The notes under the pieces: model-generated
Database searches by the model: none
Seen by the model: only the letters and a program-made list of their open reading frames with translations
Told to the model about the DNA's origin: nothing
Translations under genes and position numbers: made by a program
Part shown: piece by piece, positions 44,931 through 56,187 of the stretch
Layout of the letters: every line of letters starts with the position of its first letter
Position numbering within the stretch: position 1 is the first letter of the stretch
Origin: Chloroflexaceae bacterium
GTDB lineage: Bacteria > Chloroflexota > Chloroflexia > Chloroflexales > Chloroflexaceae
Assembly: GCA_034437175.1 (NCBI GenBank)
Contig: DAOTUJ010000155.1
Span: 10,558 to 74,557 of the forward strand
Length of the DNA: 64,000 nucleotides
Direction of reading: 5' to 3'

Positions 44931-47654
44931 TCAGGCCGCCGGCAAAATAATGCTGAAGGTACTCCCCTCGTTCAACACACTCTCGACCCAGATTTTGCCG
45001 CCCAGCAATTCGATCATAGGCTTGACCAGCGAGAGGCCCAGCCCGGTGCCGCCCGCTTCGATCTTGAGGGGATTCTCGGTACGGTAAAAACGCTTGAAGA
45101 TTTTCTCCAACTCATTCTCGGCAATGCCCACTCCTGTATCGCGAATGTTCAATTGCGTGTAGCGCCGATCCGCTACGACCACGTCGCGCAGCGTCTCAGG
45201 CAGTGCATCCAACTGCGCTTCGCGCGCCTCAACCACGATCTTGCCGCCACGCGGCGTATACTTGATCGCGTTCAACAACAGGTTGTGGAGCACCTGGTGC
45301 AGCCGGTTCGCATCGGCATGCACCAGGGGCAAGCCCGGTGGAATACCGATATTCAGATCATGCCCGTGCGCGTCGATGTCCTCGCGCAACTCAGCCACGA
45401 CCCCGCTCAGTGCTTCCGCCAGGTGCAAGGGGCGCAATTCCAGATCCACACTACCGGATTCGATCTTGGTTATGTCGAGCACATCATTAATCAGGGCGAT
45501 CATGCGCTCGGTATTATTGTAGATCGTATCGACAAACTCGCGCTGCGTCTCATTCAGCGGGCCCAGGCCGCCCATAGCCAGCAATTGCGTAAACCCCTTG
45601 ATGGCCGTCATCGGAGTACGCAACTCGTGCGACATCGTACCGATGAATTCGGTCTTTAATCGGTCAGATTCACTCTCCAGCGTAATGTCGCGCATCACCA
45701 GCAAAGCCCCAATCAACTCGCCGTCTTCCTTGAGCACCGGGCCAAGCGTCATACGTACATAATGCTGACCAATCCAGACCATGCAATCGAACATGCGCAA
45801 CTGGCCGTTGTGCGCCAGCGGGCGCGCCAGCAACTCATTGAGCGGCATCTCATTTGCCCGCACCCCGAGGTAACGCTCGATCAACTCGTGCAAGTTGGAG
45901 AGCACCAAATCTTCCGAACTACGCTGCAAAAGCTGAGACGCCGCCGGGTTTGCCGAGAGCACCGCCCCATAGAGATCGCAGACAATCACGCCATCGGCGA
46001 GACTCTGCAAAATCGCCGCCGTCTGGCTGGCTTCAGTTTGCAAGCGGCGGCGCAATTCACTACTATGTTCATACTGCGAGACAATTTCGCTGTAAAAATT
46101 GGCATTATTGATCCCGATGGCAATCGAGCCGGCCGCTGCCACCAGCAAACGCAGATGATCTTCATTGAAGAAACCGCGCTGCTCATGCGACAATGTCAAG
46201 ACCCCGATGACTTCGCTCTGAACAACCAACGGCACCGCAATCATCGCGCCGCTACGCTTACCAGCCGAACTCTCCGGTAGTGCCACCCAGCGCTCGTCCT
46301 GGCTGACATCGGAAACCAGTGCCGGCTTCTTCATCTGAGCCACCCAGCCAGCAATTCCGACACCAACCGGGAAACGCGTGAAACTGTTGTCATTCGACCG
46401 GCCCAGCACCGCCCGGCTCATCAGCAACTCGCTGCTCGGATCGAGCAGCATAATCGAGCCGTGCTCAGCCTGAATAATCCCGGCCAGCAACTTGAGTGAG
46501 GTTGGCAACAACTGGTCAAGCTCCAGCGAACTCCCGACCTCCGTCGAAATCTCGTTCAGAGTTTCCAGCCGATCTCGTTCGTACTGCAACTCGCGCGTCC
46601 GTTCCGCAACCCGCTGCTCCAGCGCAGTATTCAACTCGCGCACCTGAGCATACAGCCTGGCATTCTGCAATGCAATCGCCGTCTGATTGACAACACCCTC
46701 GGCCAGATCTTGCTGAAAGCGCAGGCTGCCCACCGGATCCGGATCTTGTAGCACCAGTACGCCAATTGCCGCGTCTTTGACGACAATCGGAAACACGATC
46801 ACCCCGCAATCGGGCTGAAGCCAGGCACAACGCTCGGCATGCATTTCAGGACGCGGCTGAAACAGCATCTTCCCGTTGCTATAAGCCTGCCAGATCGGAT
46901 CTTGCGGCGTTTCCGCCGTCAGCATCATGCCTTCGACCGGCTGTTGTTCTTCGCCCCAGGTATAGATTGCGCGCAAGCCGGCCGCCGTGCTGCCGGCCGG
47001 CAAGGGCGAATCGAGCAACCAGATGGCAATATGCGCTACCCCGAGCAAGGACTTCAAACTGGAACCAACCAGTTCCAGCAGTTGACGATCATTCTCGAGA
47101 CTGGCCGAGAGCCGCTGCGAAATCTCATTAAGCGCCTTGAGTTGTAGCGCCCGCCGATCAGCTTCGGCAGCGGCCGTATCGAGACTCTCGGCGATGAATT
47201 CACGTTCGTTGATCAACTCCTCGCTGTGTACCACCCATGAACGCGCCAGCGAATTGACCACCCGCTCAACCAGGCTATCGATCTGGTCAAGCAAATCAAA
47301 AAGCGCCGGATCCGTTCCGGCGCTCGCCCGCATCAGCGCCCAAGCAACCCGTCGAAAGCTGTAGATCGTCTGCATCAAATCCGGCAGAGCAAGCTGTTGC
47401 CAGTTCTCTTGCCCCAGCCGCTTCACCAGTTGATCCAACTCAGCCGGCTCACCGTCGGCAGCCACAATTAATTCATCAAGCAGAAACAGGGGAAGTTCCG
47501 CAACCGTCGTGTTCGACAGTTCGGGTTCGCTATATGTCGCCAGATACGTGCTGCCATTCTGGCGCGGAGTCATCGGAGCGGGGATCGCAGCTACCCACTG
47601 CTCCAGCAAGTCATCTTTGTACTTCCTCAACCAATGGGCAAGATCGACGCTCAT
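44931..47654 (-). CDS. multi-sensor (GAF/PAS) hybrid-less histidine kinase
   Basis: There is a long N-terminal sensor region with GAF-like segments. The H-box is FIGTMSHELRTPMTAIKG and the HATPase_c motifs are LLNAIKYT and DTGVGI...GTGLGLS. Confidence 0.85.
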   Translation of the reverse strand: MSVDLAHWLRKYKDDLLEQWVAAIPAPMTPRQNGSTYLATYSEPELSNTTVAELPLFLLDELIVAADGEPAELDQLVKRLGQENWQQLALPDLMQTIYSFRRVAWALMRASAGTDPALFDLLDQIDSLVERVVNSLARSWVVHSEELINEREFIAESLDTAAAEADRRALQLKALNEISQRLSASLENDRQLLELVGSSLKSLLGVAHIAIWLLDSPLPAGSTAAGLRAIYTWGEEQQPVEGMMLTAETPQDPIWQAYSNGKMLFQPRPEMHAERCAWLQPDCGVIVFPIVVKDAAIGVLVLQDPDPVGSLRFQQDLAEGVVNQTAIALQNARLYAQVRELNTALEQRVAERTRELQYERDRLETLNEISTEVGSSLELDQLLPTSLKLLAGIIQAEHGSIMLLDPSSELLMSRAVLGRSNDNSFTRFPVGVGIAGWVAQMKKPALVSDVSQDERWVALPESSAGKRSGAMIAVPLVVQSEVIGVLTLSHEQRGFFNEDHLRLLVAAAGSIAIGINNANFYSEIVSQYEHSSELRRRLQTEASQTAAILQSLADGVIVCDLYGAVLSANPAASQLLQRSSEDLVLSNLHELIERYLGVRANEMPLNELLARPLAHNGQLRMFDCMVWIGQHYVRMTLGPVLKEDGELIGALLVMRDITLESESDRLKTEFIGTMSHELRTPMTAIKGFTQLLAMGGLGPLNETQREFVDTIYNNTERMIALINDVLDITKIESGSVDLELRPLHLAEALSGVVAELREDIDAHGHDLNIGIPPGLPLVHADANRLHQVLHNLLLNAIKYTPRGGKIVVEAREAQLDALPETLRDVVVADRRYTQLNIRDTGVGIAENELEKIFKRFYRTENPLKIEAGGTGLGLSLVKPMIELLGGKIWVESVLNEGSTFSIILPAA

Positions 47655-47674
47655 AATAGTGGGTAGCCTGGAAT

Positions 47675-48253
47675 TCAGGGACAGCGCAACACAAGAACTG
47701 TGGCATCATCGTTTTGTTTGCCGTAACGCCCCAGAATAGCATCAGCGAGTGCCTGTGGCGAAATTGCCACATCCAGATCATTATCCAGACCGAAACGGCT
47801 CGAAATGCCATCACTGTAAAGAACGAAGGTATCGCCGGAATTGTAGCTGTAATCCAGGCAAAGCAACGTCGGCAGGCGATACCCGAGAATGCCGTTTTTC
47901 GAAATCGGCTTGATAGACGTACTGCTGTACGCCTGAATGCCAATATTGCCGATCCCGGCAAATGTCATCTGGCGGCGCTGCAGATTCAGCTGAACCATCG
48001 CAATGACGGCACCGCGCGTGCCATGCAGAGCCTGGTGCGCCCGCTTGATCAGATCGCTGAGCGGATGTCCCGGATATTCGCGCAGCACCGTCACCGCATT
48101 TTCGGATGCTCGCGCCGCCTCCACCCCACCACCCAGGCCATCGATGACCGAGGCCAGCAATTGCTGCTCGCCATATTCCTCAACGACAAACGCATCACCA
48201 CTGATCGACTGGCCTTGTTTCGGGCGCGTGGCGACTCCCCAGATTGCTTGCAT
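47675..48253 (-). CDS. PP2C/SpoIIE-type (RsbX-like) serine phosphatase
   Basis: ISGDAFVV...VIDGLGGG...GDTFVLYSDGI is present. The start ATG shares one base with the upstream stop (TGATG at 48251-48255). Confidence 0.75.
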   Translation of the reverse strand: MQAIWGVATRPKQGQSISGDAFVVEEYGEQQLLASVIDGLGGGVEAARASENAVTVLREYPGHPLSDLIKRAHQALHGTRGAVIAMVQLNLQRRQMTFAGIGNIGIQAYSSTSIKPISKNGILGYRLPTLLCLDYSYNSGDTFVLYSDGISSRFGLDNDLDVAISPQALADAILGRYGKQNDDATVLVLRCP

Positions 48254-48717
48254 CAGGCTCCTCCACGTCGCCGCTGCGACAGCCATTTAATTGCGCGCAC
48301 GCGCGTTCCCTGCCCAAGTGCAGAATCGATCTCGAATTCATCCATCAGCCGCCGAACCCCGGGCAAGCCGGCGCCCAGCGTACTGGCCGTGCTATATCCA
48401 TCTTGCATTGCCAGTTCAATATCGGCAATACCCGGCCCCTGATCCGTTACCAGCACACTAAGCCCGGAATGGCCATCCCGCTCCACTCGTTCCAGCAACA
48501 GCGTACCGCTCCCGGCATGTGCCAGCAGGTTGCGGCTCAACTCTAGAATCACAATTTCCACGCGCGTCCGGTCGATGATATCGAAGCCAATCGCAGTCGC
48601 CAGTTCGCGCCCCCGGCTAATGGCCAGATACACATCAACTTCGCGCCCGATAGCCAAACTAACCGGATGCATAAATGCCTTTCCAGGCGCATCATGTGCG
48701 TTCCGACTCTCAAGCAT
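48253..48717 (-). CDS. RsbT/RsbW-like anti-sigma-type serine kinase (HATPase_c_2)
   Basis: ILELSRNLLAHAG...LVTDQGPGI...GAGLPGVRRLMDEF is present. The start may be ATG 48672 instead. Confidence 0.75.
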   Translation of the reverse strand: MLESRNAHDAPGKAFMHPVSLAIGREVDVYLAISRGRELATAIGFDIIDRTRVEIVILELSRNLLAHAGSGTLLLERVERDGHSGLSVLVTDQGPGIADIELAMQDGYSTASTLGAGLPGVRRLMDEFEIDSALGQGTRVRAIKWLSQRRRGGA

Positions 48718-48808
48718 ATGCCTGCCTGCCGTTGCTCTATTCAGACGATCCTTCTATCGACCGCACCGCAAATTATAGCACGCAAGTCACACCAGAGCAT
48801 ACCATCGC

Positions 48809-49273
48809 TCAATCCCGTCGCGGCTCAGCAAAGATGCTGCTATCGAGTACAATCGTCACCGGGCCATCATTGACCAGGGCGACCTGCATCATAGCGCCAA
48901 AAACACCGCCGGCAACATGCAGCCTCATGCGCTGCAAGGCGGCGCCGCAGGCTTCGACCAGCGGCGCCGCCAGTTCGGGTGCCGCAGCTTCCGCAAAACT
49001 GGGCCGCCGGCCTTTGCGCATATCGGCACAGAGCGTAAACTGCGACACCAGCAACACCGATCCACCGCTTTCCAGCAGCGAATATTGAAAGCGGCCGTTG
49101 GCATCGGCAAAAATGCGCACATGCGCCATTTTCTCCGCCATCCGGATGGCGGTCGCCTCATCGTCGCCGGCAGCAATGCCCAACAACACCAGCATGCCGG
49201 CACCGATTTGCCCAACCACAGCCCCATCAACACTGACGGACGCCTGACTGACTCGTTGAAGAACTGCACGCAT
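48809..49273 (-). CDS. dtd: D-aminoacyl-tRNA deacylase
   Basis: MRAVLQRV..., VSQFTL and NDGPVT are Dtd signature motifs. Confidence 0.9.
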   Translation of the reverse strand: MRAVLQRVSQASVSVDGAVVGQIGAGMLVLLGIAAGDDEATAIRMAEKMAHVRIFADANGRFQYSLLESGGSVLLVSQFTLCADMRKGRRPSFAEAAAPELAAPLVEACGAALQRMRLHVAGGVFGAMMQVALVNDGPVTIVLDSSIFAEPRRD

Positions 49274-49278
49274 ACCGG

Positions 49279-50421
49279 CTACTCATTCACCGGATTGAGC
49301 TGTTCCGGCATCGATTCAGCTTCCACCGTCGATGTACTCAGTGTGGCAAACACCAACCGTCCGCTCTGCGTCTGATGCAAGCGTGTCACAATTACCTCGA
49401 CGCTCTGACCGATCATCGAGCGCGCCTCTTCGACAATCACCGGCGTACCGTCATCGAGATAGCCGACACCCTGCTGGCGCGCATTGCCCTCATTGCGGAT
49501 CATCACCAGAAGATGTTGATCCGGCACAACCGGCGGGCGAACCGACTCACTGAGCTGGTTGAGGCTCAGAACTTTTACTCCTTGCAGCCGGGCAACTCGA
49601 TTCAGATTAAAATCATTGGTGATCACCGGCCAGTGATGCTGACGGGCCAGGATCACCAGTTTATCATCGACCCGATTGCTGGACACCGGATCACTGTCCA
49701 GGATCTCGATAGGCAAAGGCGACTCTTTCTGCATTGTATTGAGCAACTCGAGACCACGTCGCCCCTTGCTGCGCCGCAGTTCATCGCTTGAGTCGGCCAG
49801 GCTTTGCAATTCGTTCAACACAAAGCCGGGAATGATCAGCGTGCCTTCGAGAAAACCGGTTTCGGCAACTGCCGCGATACGCCCATCGATGATAGCACTG
49901 GTATCGAGCAGCAGATGCCGATCAGCCGATGCCTGGGCCGCAACACTGCCGGGCTCGCTATTTTCCCGCACCATTGACATTGCCGGCTTGCGCCACTGGC
50001 GCAAGATTTCACTTAATTCGCGCCGGCGCGAATGAAAAATCATCGCGCCGATATAGGCCATCAGCACCGCAATGAGTAAAGGCAAGTAATAACTAAACGG
50101 TGGCGGCAAAAAGGCCAGCGGGACAGCCAGCAACACCGAGAAAATCAGACCGCAAAGCATGCCGAAGCCAACCAGGAAAATCTCGGTCAGGGGCACGTCG
50201 CGTGTACGCCGCAACAACTGCTCGAGTGGTTCGATGGTAACACGGGGCGTGACGAGCAAGCCCAGCCCTGCACCGGCCAGCATCAGCAAGCGGGTGGCCA
50301 GCAACTCCGTGCCGTCGGCAGCCGAGCCTGAAAGAGCAAAACCAATGCTCGACCCAAGATACGCCAGTATCAGCATACCAGCGATCCGCACCAGAAAATT
50401 GAGGCTTAACTTCATAAGCAA
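49279..50421 (-). CDS. membrane protein with PIN and TRAM domains (YacL-like)
   Basis: Four N-terminal TM helices are followed by a PIN-like [11 protein letters not shown]...VITNDFNL and a C-terminal TRAM-like [11 protein letters not shown]. Confidence 0.8.
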   Translation of the reverse strand: MLMKLSLNFLVRIAGMLILAYLGSSIGFALSGSAADGTELLATRLLMLAGAGLGLLVTPRVTIEPLEQLLRRTRDVPLTEIFLVGFGMLCGLIFSVLLAVPLAFLPPPFSYYLPLLIAVLMAYIGAMIFHSRRRELSEILRQWRKPAMSMVRENSEPGSVAAQASADRHLLLDTSAIIDGRIAAVAETGFLEGTLIIPGFVLNELQSLADSSDELRRSKGRRGLELLNTMQKESPLPIEILDSDPVSSNRVDDKLVILARQHHWPVITNDFNLNRVARLQGVKVLSLNQLSESVRPPVVPDQHLLVMIRNEGNARQQGVGYLDDGTPVIVEEARSMIGQSVEVIVTRLHQTQSGRLVFATLSTSTVEAESMPEQLNPVNE

Positions 50422-50550
50422 CCAGGACTGAATGAATTACTCGACGTACGCAACCGGCGTTGGATACCGGCCGCATCAGAGCTTTTTCGCCCACCCTGGC
50501 TGCATCCAGGGCAGGCTGTGGCCGCATAAAAATGACCCGATTTCTGTCGC

Positions 50551-50579
50551 TTGATATTGCAACGAAGCCCCAACATCAA
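50551..50579. repeat. degenerate copy of the GATGTTGC palindromic repeat (GAA loop)
   Basis: TTGATATTGCAAC-GAA-GCCCCAACATCAA compares with 56206-56234, TTGATGTTGCGGC-GAA-GCCGCAACATCAA. It lies between radA and the PIN/TRAM gene. Confidence 0.65.
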
Positions 50580-50620
50580 ACGAAGCGGAACGGTGGTTGC
50601 CGCCACATAAATCGTGTGCA

Positions 50621-51994
50621 TTACGCGTCCGGATCGCCACGCAGTACTTTTTCCACCATCTCTGACAGCGAGCGTGAATCGATAAGTGTAAGCGGCCAAT
50701 CATCTTCCGGTGGCCGTGCCGGCGGTATACCGGCGCGCCGAAAGCCGAGTTTGGCCGCCTCTGCCAGTCGGCGTTCGATCTGGCTAACGCTACGCAACTC
50801 ACCGGACAACCCGATTTCACCCACCATCACCAGATCCGGATCGATGCGCCGGTTGCGAAACGAAGACACAATCGCCAGAGCCACCGCCAGATCCGCCGCC
50901 GGTTCCGTGATCCGCAGGCCGCCGACAATATTGACATAGACATCCTGATTAAACAGGGGCAGGCCGACCCGTTTAGTCAAAACAGCAATCAACATCTGCA
51001 GCCGATTCACATCAAAGCCATTGGTCGTCCGGCGGGGCTGCGCATTGCCGGTATGCGACGTCAGCGCCTGTACTTCCACCAGCAACGGGCGACTGCCTTC
51101 CAGCGTTACCGCGACCGTCGACCCGGGGCTACCGGAACTACGCTCGGCCAAAAAAACCTGCGAAGGATTGGCAACTTCACGCATACCGGTACCGACCATC
51201 TCGAAGACACCGACTTCATTGGTACTGCCGAAGCGATTTTTCACTCCGCGCAGCAGGCGATACTGGTGAAAGCGGTCTCCCTCGAGATACAGCACCGCAT
51301 CGACAATATGTTCGAGCACACGCGGCCCGGCAATCGCACCTTCCTTGGTGACATGCCCAACCAGAAACATCGGAATCGCATGCTGCTTGGCCAGTCGCAT
51401 CAAGCGTAGCGCGCCTTCGCGCACCTGGCTGACACTGCCGGCCGCCGAGGTCACATCTTCAAGATACACCGTCTGGATCGAATCGACGATCACCAGGCCC
51501 GGCCGGGTCTGCTCAATCTGTTCAAGGATAAGATCGAGTGACGTTTCCGAATAGACAAACAGTTGTTCCGGCAGCAAGCCGAGCCGTTCGGCGCGCAACC
51601 TGATCTGCTGAGCCGATTCCTCGGCACTGATATACAGGGCAGGTGCCACCATGCCGGCAAAGTGCGCCGCAACCTGAAGCAACAACGTCGATTTGCCGAT
51701 CCCCGGATCGCCGCCGATCAACACAACCGAACCAGGCACCAGACCACCGCCCAGTACCCGGCTCAACTCTTCACCACTGACCGGCAGGCGCGCCAGGCCT
51801 GCCGAGGCGACCTGAGGCAGCGCAACCGGTGCGCTCCATGCTTCAGCGCGGCGGGCCGACCGGCCGGTATGATTCCGGCGCTCGACCTGCTCAACCAGGC
51901 TGTCCCAGGTGCCGCAATCCGGGCACTTGCCCATCCAGCGTGTCTGTTGCGCTCCACACTGCTGGCAGACAAAAGTTGTGCGCGTCTTTGCCAT
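50621..51994 (-). CDS. radA: DNA repair protein RadA/Sms
   Basis: The zinc finger is CQQCGAQQTRWMGKCPDCGTW, Walker A is GDPGIGKST, and the KNRFG motif (VKNRFGSTNE) is present with a Lon-like C-domain. The start is at MAKTRTTF. Confidence 0.95.
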   Translation of the reverse strand: MAKTRTTFVCQQCGAQQTRWMGKCPDCGTWDSLVEQVERRNHTGRSARRAEAWSAPVALPQVASAGLARLPVSGEELSRVLGGGLVPGSVVLIGGDPGIGKSTLLLQVAAHFAGMVAPALYISAEESAQQIRLRAERLGLLPEQLFVYSETSLDLILEQIEQTRPGLVIVDSIQTVYLEDVTSAAGSVSQVREGALRLMRLAKQHAIPMFLVGHVTKEGAIAGPRVLEHIVDAVLYLEGDRFHQYRLLRGVKNRFGSTNEVGVFEMVGTGMREVANPSQVFLAERSSGSPGSTVAVTLEGSRPLLVEVQALTSHTGNAQPRRTTNGFDVNRLQMLIAVLTKRVGLPLFNQDVYVNIVGGLRITEPAADLAVALAIVSSFRNRRIDPDLVMVGEIGLSGELRSVSQIERRLAEAAKLGFRRAGIPPARPPEDDWPLTLIDSRSLSEMVEKVLRGDPDA

Positions 51995-52078
51995 AGGCCT
52001 CATTATACCAGTTGTCAACAAAGAAAAGGGGACGAGAAGCCGGTAGCTCTCGTCCCCTGGCGGCGGCGGTAGCCGAAG

Positions 52079-54583
52079 CTAGACAACCGCCGTACTTTCG
52101 CTTTCTTCGACTTCTTCCTCATCGATCTGGCGACGCGAGCGCAGGCGCAGCAGATCGTCTTTAGTATCGACCAGAACCGTATCACCCTGGAAGTAGCGCC
52201 CGTCGAGCAGACCTTCAGCGAGCGGATCTTCGATCAAGTTCGTAATAATCCGGCGCAGCGGGCGGGCGCCGAAGGCCGGGTCGTACCCACGTTTGCCGAG
52301 CAGATCGAGCGCATCTTCTTTGACATCAAGCGTAATCTGGTGCTCATCGAGCTGTTGTTGCACCCGCCGCAGCATAATCGTCGAGATCATGCGGATCTCG
52401 TCGTTGGTAAGCGGGTGGAAAATGATCGTCGCATCGATCCGGTTAAGGAACTCCGGCCGGAAAAGTTGTTTAAGTGCATCGTCGACCTTGCGCCGGACGT
52501 CTTCCTCATCGATACCACTGGCACTGCCGCCGAAACCGATCCGGCTGGCACGGCGGATATGCTCCGTGCCCACATTGCTGGTCATAATGATGATCGTATT
52601 GCGAAAATCGACCTTGCGCCCTTTGCCGTCGGTCAGGTTCCCATCTTCAAGCACCTGCAGCAACAGATTGAAGGCATCGGGGTGAGCCTTTTCGATTTCA
52701 TCGAAGAGCACCACGCTGTAAGGCTTGCGCCGTACCGCATCGGTCAGTTGGCCACCCTCGCCATAGCCGACATAACCGGGAGGCGAACCGACCAGTCGGC
52801 TGGTGGTATGGCGTTCCTGGAACTCCGACATATCGATCTTGATCAGCGCATCTTCCGAGCCAAACATAAACTCGGCAAGCGCCTTGGCCAGTTCGGTCTT
52901 GCCAACGCCGGTAGGGCCAAGAAAGATAAAGCTCCCGATGGGGCGCTTGGGATCTTTGAGCCCGGCGCGAGCCCGGCGCACCGCCTTGGAAATCGTGACG
53001 ATGGCTTCATCCTGACCGACCACCCGCGCGTGTAGCGCACTTTCCATCTGAATAAGCCGGTTGGTCTCATCGCCCTTGAGCCGGGTAACCGGAATACCGG
53101 TCCACATCCCGACAACTTCGGCAATGTCTTCCTCCGTCACATAAGGCCGATCGGACACATGCGAGTCTTCATCGCTACCGATTTCGCTTTCGATCTTGGC
53201 AATACGCATTTGCATGCGTTCTTCGCGATCGCGCAAATCGGCGGCCAGTTCATACTGCTGATCCTCGATGGCGGCTTCTTTTTCTTTGCGCAGAGCTTCG
53301 AGGCCACGCAGCGCATCGCGCAGGCGCGGCGGCGTAGCGGAGCGGTACATGCGCACCCGGCTGGCCGACTCATCGATCAAGTCGATGGCCTTATCCGGCA
53401 GGAAGCGATCCGGCACATAACGCGCCGAGAGCGTTGCGGCAGCCTTGATGGCCTCATCGCTAATCTGCAACTGGTGGAAATCCTCATAGCGGCTCTTGAC
53501 GCCACGCAGGATCTGAATGGTATCCTCAACCGTCGGCTCATCGACCATAACCGGCTGAAAGCGCCGTTCGAGAGCGGCATCGCGTTCAATATACTTGCGA
53601 TACTCATCGAGCGTGGTGGCCCCGATAGTCTGCAATTCACCGCGGCTGAGCGCCGGCTTGAGAATATTGGCCGCATCGAGCGTTCCCTCAGCACCGCCGG
53701 CCCCAATAATAGTATGGAACTCATCGATGAACAGAATGCAGCGAGTTTCCTTGATCTCATCGATGACACGCTTGAGGCGTTCCTCAAACTGACCGCGATA
53801 CTTGGTACCGGCAACGAGCGCACCCATATCAAGCGTTACAACCCGTTTGCCCTTGATGCTATCGGGCACATCACCCTGAATGATGCGCTGAGCCAGGCCT
53901 TCAATGATGGCGGTTTTGCCGACACCGGGTTCGCCGACAAGCGCGGGGTTATTTTTAGTACGGCGGGAAAGAATCTGAATTACCCGCTCGATTTCGTGCT
54001 GGCGCCCGATGATCGGATCGAGGCGACCAGCCTCAGCCATCTCGGTCAGATCGGTACCGAGCGCGTCGAGGTAGGGCGTTTTGCTCTGGCGTTGCACCTG
54101 TGAACTACCGCTGCCGCGTTGTTCGGCGGCACCGGCGGTACCGTGGCGCAGGACGCGCATCACCTGATTGCGAACCTGTTCGAGCGACACCCCCATGATA
54201 TCGAGCACACCAGTTGCCACTCCCTCGCCATTGCGCACCAGGCCAAGCAGCAGATGTTCGGTACCAATATAGTGATGGTTCAAACGGTTTGCTTCTTCAA
54301 TCGCGTATTTGATCACCTTCTGTGCACGAGCCGTCAATTCCTGGTCGGTTCGGCCACTGCCTTCACCGACCCCGACGATAAACTCGACAGCACTGCGCGC
54401 CTGGGGAAGTTTGACACCAAGGTCATCGAGGACCCGGGCCGCAATGCCTTCACTCTCGCGGATCAGGCCGAGCAGAATATGCTCAGTACCGATATACGGA
54501 TGATTGAAGGAGCGAGCCTCTTCGGTGGCAAGCTGCAACACTTGCTTGGCACGTTTTGTAAACTTACTGTAGAGATCGGACAT
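52079..54583 (-). CDS. clpC: ATP-dependent Clp protease ATP-binding subunit ClpC
   Basis: Clp_N repeats ([10 protein letters not shown] x2), two AAA+ modules ([16 protein letters not shown]) and a UVR-like linker are present. The start is at MSDLYSKF. Confidence 0.95.
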   Translation of the reverse strand: MSDLYSKFTKRAKQVLQLATEEARSFNHPYIGTEHILLGLIRESEGIAARVLDDLGVKLPQARSAVEFIVGVGEGSGRTDQELTARAQKVIKYAIEEANRLNHHYIGTEHLLLGLVRNGEGVATGVLDIMGVSLEQVRNQVMRVLRHGTAGAAEQRGSGSSQVQRQSKTPYLDALGTDLTEMAEAGRLDPIIGRQHEIERVIQILSRRTKNNPALVGEPGVGKTAIIEGLAQRIIQGDVPDSIKGKRVVTLDMGALVAGTKYRGQFEERLKRVIDEIKETRCILFIDEFHTIIGAGGAEGTLDAANILKPALSRGELQTIGATTLDEYRKYIERDAALERRFQPVMVDEPTVEDTIQILRGVKSRYEDFHQLQISDEAIKAAATLSARYVPDRFLPDKAIDLIDESASRVRMYRSATPPRLRDALRGLEALRKEKEAAIEDQQYELAADLRDREERMQMRIAKIESEIGSDEDSHVSDRPYVTEEDIAEVVGMWTGIPVTRLKGDETNRLIQMESALHARVVGQDEAIVTISKAVRRARAGLKDPKRPIGSFIFLGPTGVGKTELAKALAEFMFGSEDALIKIDMSEFQERHTTSRLVGSPPGYVGYGEGGQLTDAVRRKPYSVVLFDEIEKAHPDAFNLLLQVLEDGNLTDGKGRKVDFRNTIIIMTSNVGTEHIRRASRIGFGGSASGIDEEDVRRKVDDALKQLFRPEFLNRIDATIIFHPLTNDEIRMISTIMLRRVQQQLDEHQITLDVKEDALDLLGKRGYDPAFGARPLRRIITNLIEDPLAEGLLDGRYFQGDTVLVDTKDDLLRLRSRRQIDEEEVEESESTAVV

Positions 54584-54824
54584 AGTGTTCTCCACTGGCA
54601 CCATTCCGCCTCAGAATATTTCATAGAGAGCGAAACGGTACGCTGACCTGAATAACTCAGACGATGCCTGAGCCCATTACCGAGAACGCCGCGGTTCTCT
54701 CTGCGACCGGCAACATCCAACGAAACCGAAGGAATACAGATACCAAACGGAGGCAATGAGGATAGGGTTGCGGTGTTTGCACGAACCACAGCCAGGTTAC
54801 ATTCAAGTAATGCAACCAGATTAC

Positions 54825-56021
54825 TTACTCGTCAGTCTGCAGTAAATCATCATCGTCGCTGGCCCGGCGCAGACTCAAACCCATCCGTTTGCGTGCCGGA
54901 TCTATTCGAATGATCCGGGCTTGAACCACATCACCCTCTTGAATAAGCTCGCGAGGATGCTGAACGCGCTCATCGCCAAGTTCAGAAACGTGGATCAACC
55001 CTTCGATCCCGTCTTCGATGCGTGCAAAGGCACCAAACGATGCAAGTTGCGTAATAGTACCCTCAACAACCTGACCCAGTTGATAGCGTTCCCCAATCGT
55101 CGACCAGGGCTCATTCTGGGTGCGCTTGATCGAAAGCGCGATACGCTTGCGATCATTATCAATACTCAAGATACAGACTTTGACGGTATCGCCGGATTTC
55201 AGAACTTCGCCAGGATGCTTGACCCGGCTCCAGGAAATCTCCGAAAGGTGAACCAGGCCATCGGCGCCACCGATGTCAACAAAAGCACCGAAATCACAGA
55301 CCGAACTGACCACACCATTGCGTACTTCGCCTTCGTGCAATTCAGAGAGCAATTCGTCTTTTTTGACTTCGCGCACCTCTTGTACTGCCTGGCGTTCCGA
55401 GAGAATGAGCCGATTGCGATTGCGATTGATCTCGATAACCTTCAGCGAGAGATCGCCACCAACCATCCGAGCCATTTCGGACTGCTTCTGGGTTTCCGGG
55501 CCACGGCTGATACCGGTTACCTGCGAAGACGGCACAAAGCCGCGCACGCCATCGAGGTTAACCAATAACCCACCTTTATTATAGTTTACCACACGTGCGA
55601 CAATAATCTCGCCGGCATCGTGAGCTTTTTGTAAGGCACGCCAACTCTTCTCCTGGCGCGCTTTATCGACCGAGAGAACCGCACGACCTTCTTTATCTTC
55701 AGCCTGGACGACAAAAACAAGGAGTTCAGCACCGACATGAAGGGAATGTCGGTCTTCGGGAGAAAGCGATTGCATTTCCCGCGACGGCACCACCCCTTCA
55801 GCTTTTGAGCCAATATTGACGAGCAACTCGTCTTTATCAACCCGCATGATTGTACCGTCGACAGTTTCGCCGTACTTGAGGTTGCGGAAGTTACGCGCAG
55901 GATCCTCGAGGAATTGCTGCATCAGCAAGCGTTCTTCTTCCTCGACCGACATTCCGTTGGCGGCTGGATCGTGAGGCGGTGCATCCTGGCTTCCGGCGGC
56001 GATGTCTTTGTGTTCTTCCAT
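54825..56021 (-). CDS. rpsA: 30S ribosomal protein S1 (four S1 domains)
   Basis: There are four S1 OB-fold repeats (GETVDGTIMRV..., GEIIVARVVNYN..., GEVRNGVVSSVCDFGAFVDIG..., GQVVEGTITQLASFGAFARIE...). The start is at MEEHKD (GGGGAAGG SD); the track ORF runs to 56180. Confidence 0.85.
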   Translation of the reverse strand: MEEHKDIAAGSQDAPPHDPAANGMSVEEEERLLMQQFLEDPARNFRNLKYGETVDGTIMRVDKDELLVNIGSKAEGVVPSREMQSLSPEDRHSLHVGAELLVFVVQAEDKEGRAVLSVDKARQEKSWRALQKAHDAGEIIVARVVNYNKGGLLVNLDGVRGFVPSSQVTGISRGPETQKQSEMARMVGGDLSLKVIEINRNRNRLILSERQAVQEVREVKKDELLSELHEGEVRNGVVSSVCDFGAFVDIGGADGLVHLSEISWSRVKHPGEVLKSGDTVKVCILSIDNDRKRIALSIKRTQNEPWSTIGERYQLGQVVEGTITQLASFGAFARIEDGIEGLIHVSELGDERVQHPRELIQEGDVVQARIIRIDPARKRMGLSLRRASDDDDLLQTDE

Positions 56022-56082
56022 GCGCCTTCCCCGAAACAGGAGGCTGGAGACGGCCCGGTGGCCACCCATCGAGCTCATGCCA

Positions 56083-56111
56083 ATTATACGCAGTTCAAAG
56101 ACAAAACGCAA
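56083..56111 (-). promoter_or_regulatory. sigma-70-like promoter of rpsA
   Basis: The minus strand reads TTGCGT, 17-nt spacer, TATAAT. Confidence 0.5.
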
Positions 56112-56123
56112 GGGTTTTTCGGC

Positions 56124-56152
56124 TATACAAATTCGCACAGGCGTGCTACAAT
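56124..56152 (+). promoter_or_regulatory. candidate divergent promoter reading into the 56188 palindrome
   Basis: TATACA, 17-nt spacer, TACAAT preceded by TGC (extended -10-like). Confidence 0.35.
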
Positions 56153-56187
56153 CTTTATAGCTTATGCAGAAGGAAGGCACCTTTATT

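Noticed and set aside
49279-50421. PIN-domain gene as a VapC-type toxin of a toxin-antitoxin pair.
   Set aside because: The PIN domain is fused to four TM helices and a TRAM domain (YacL architecture). There is no small upstream antitoxin ORF. Its position after radA matches conserved housekeeping synteny.
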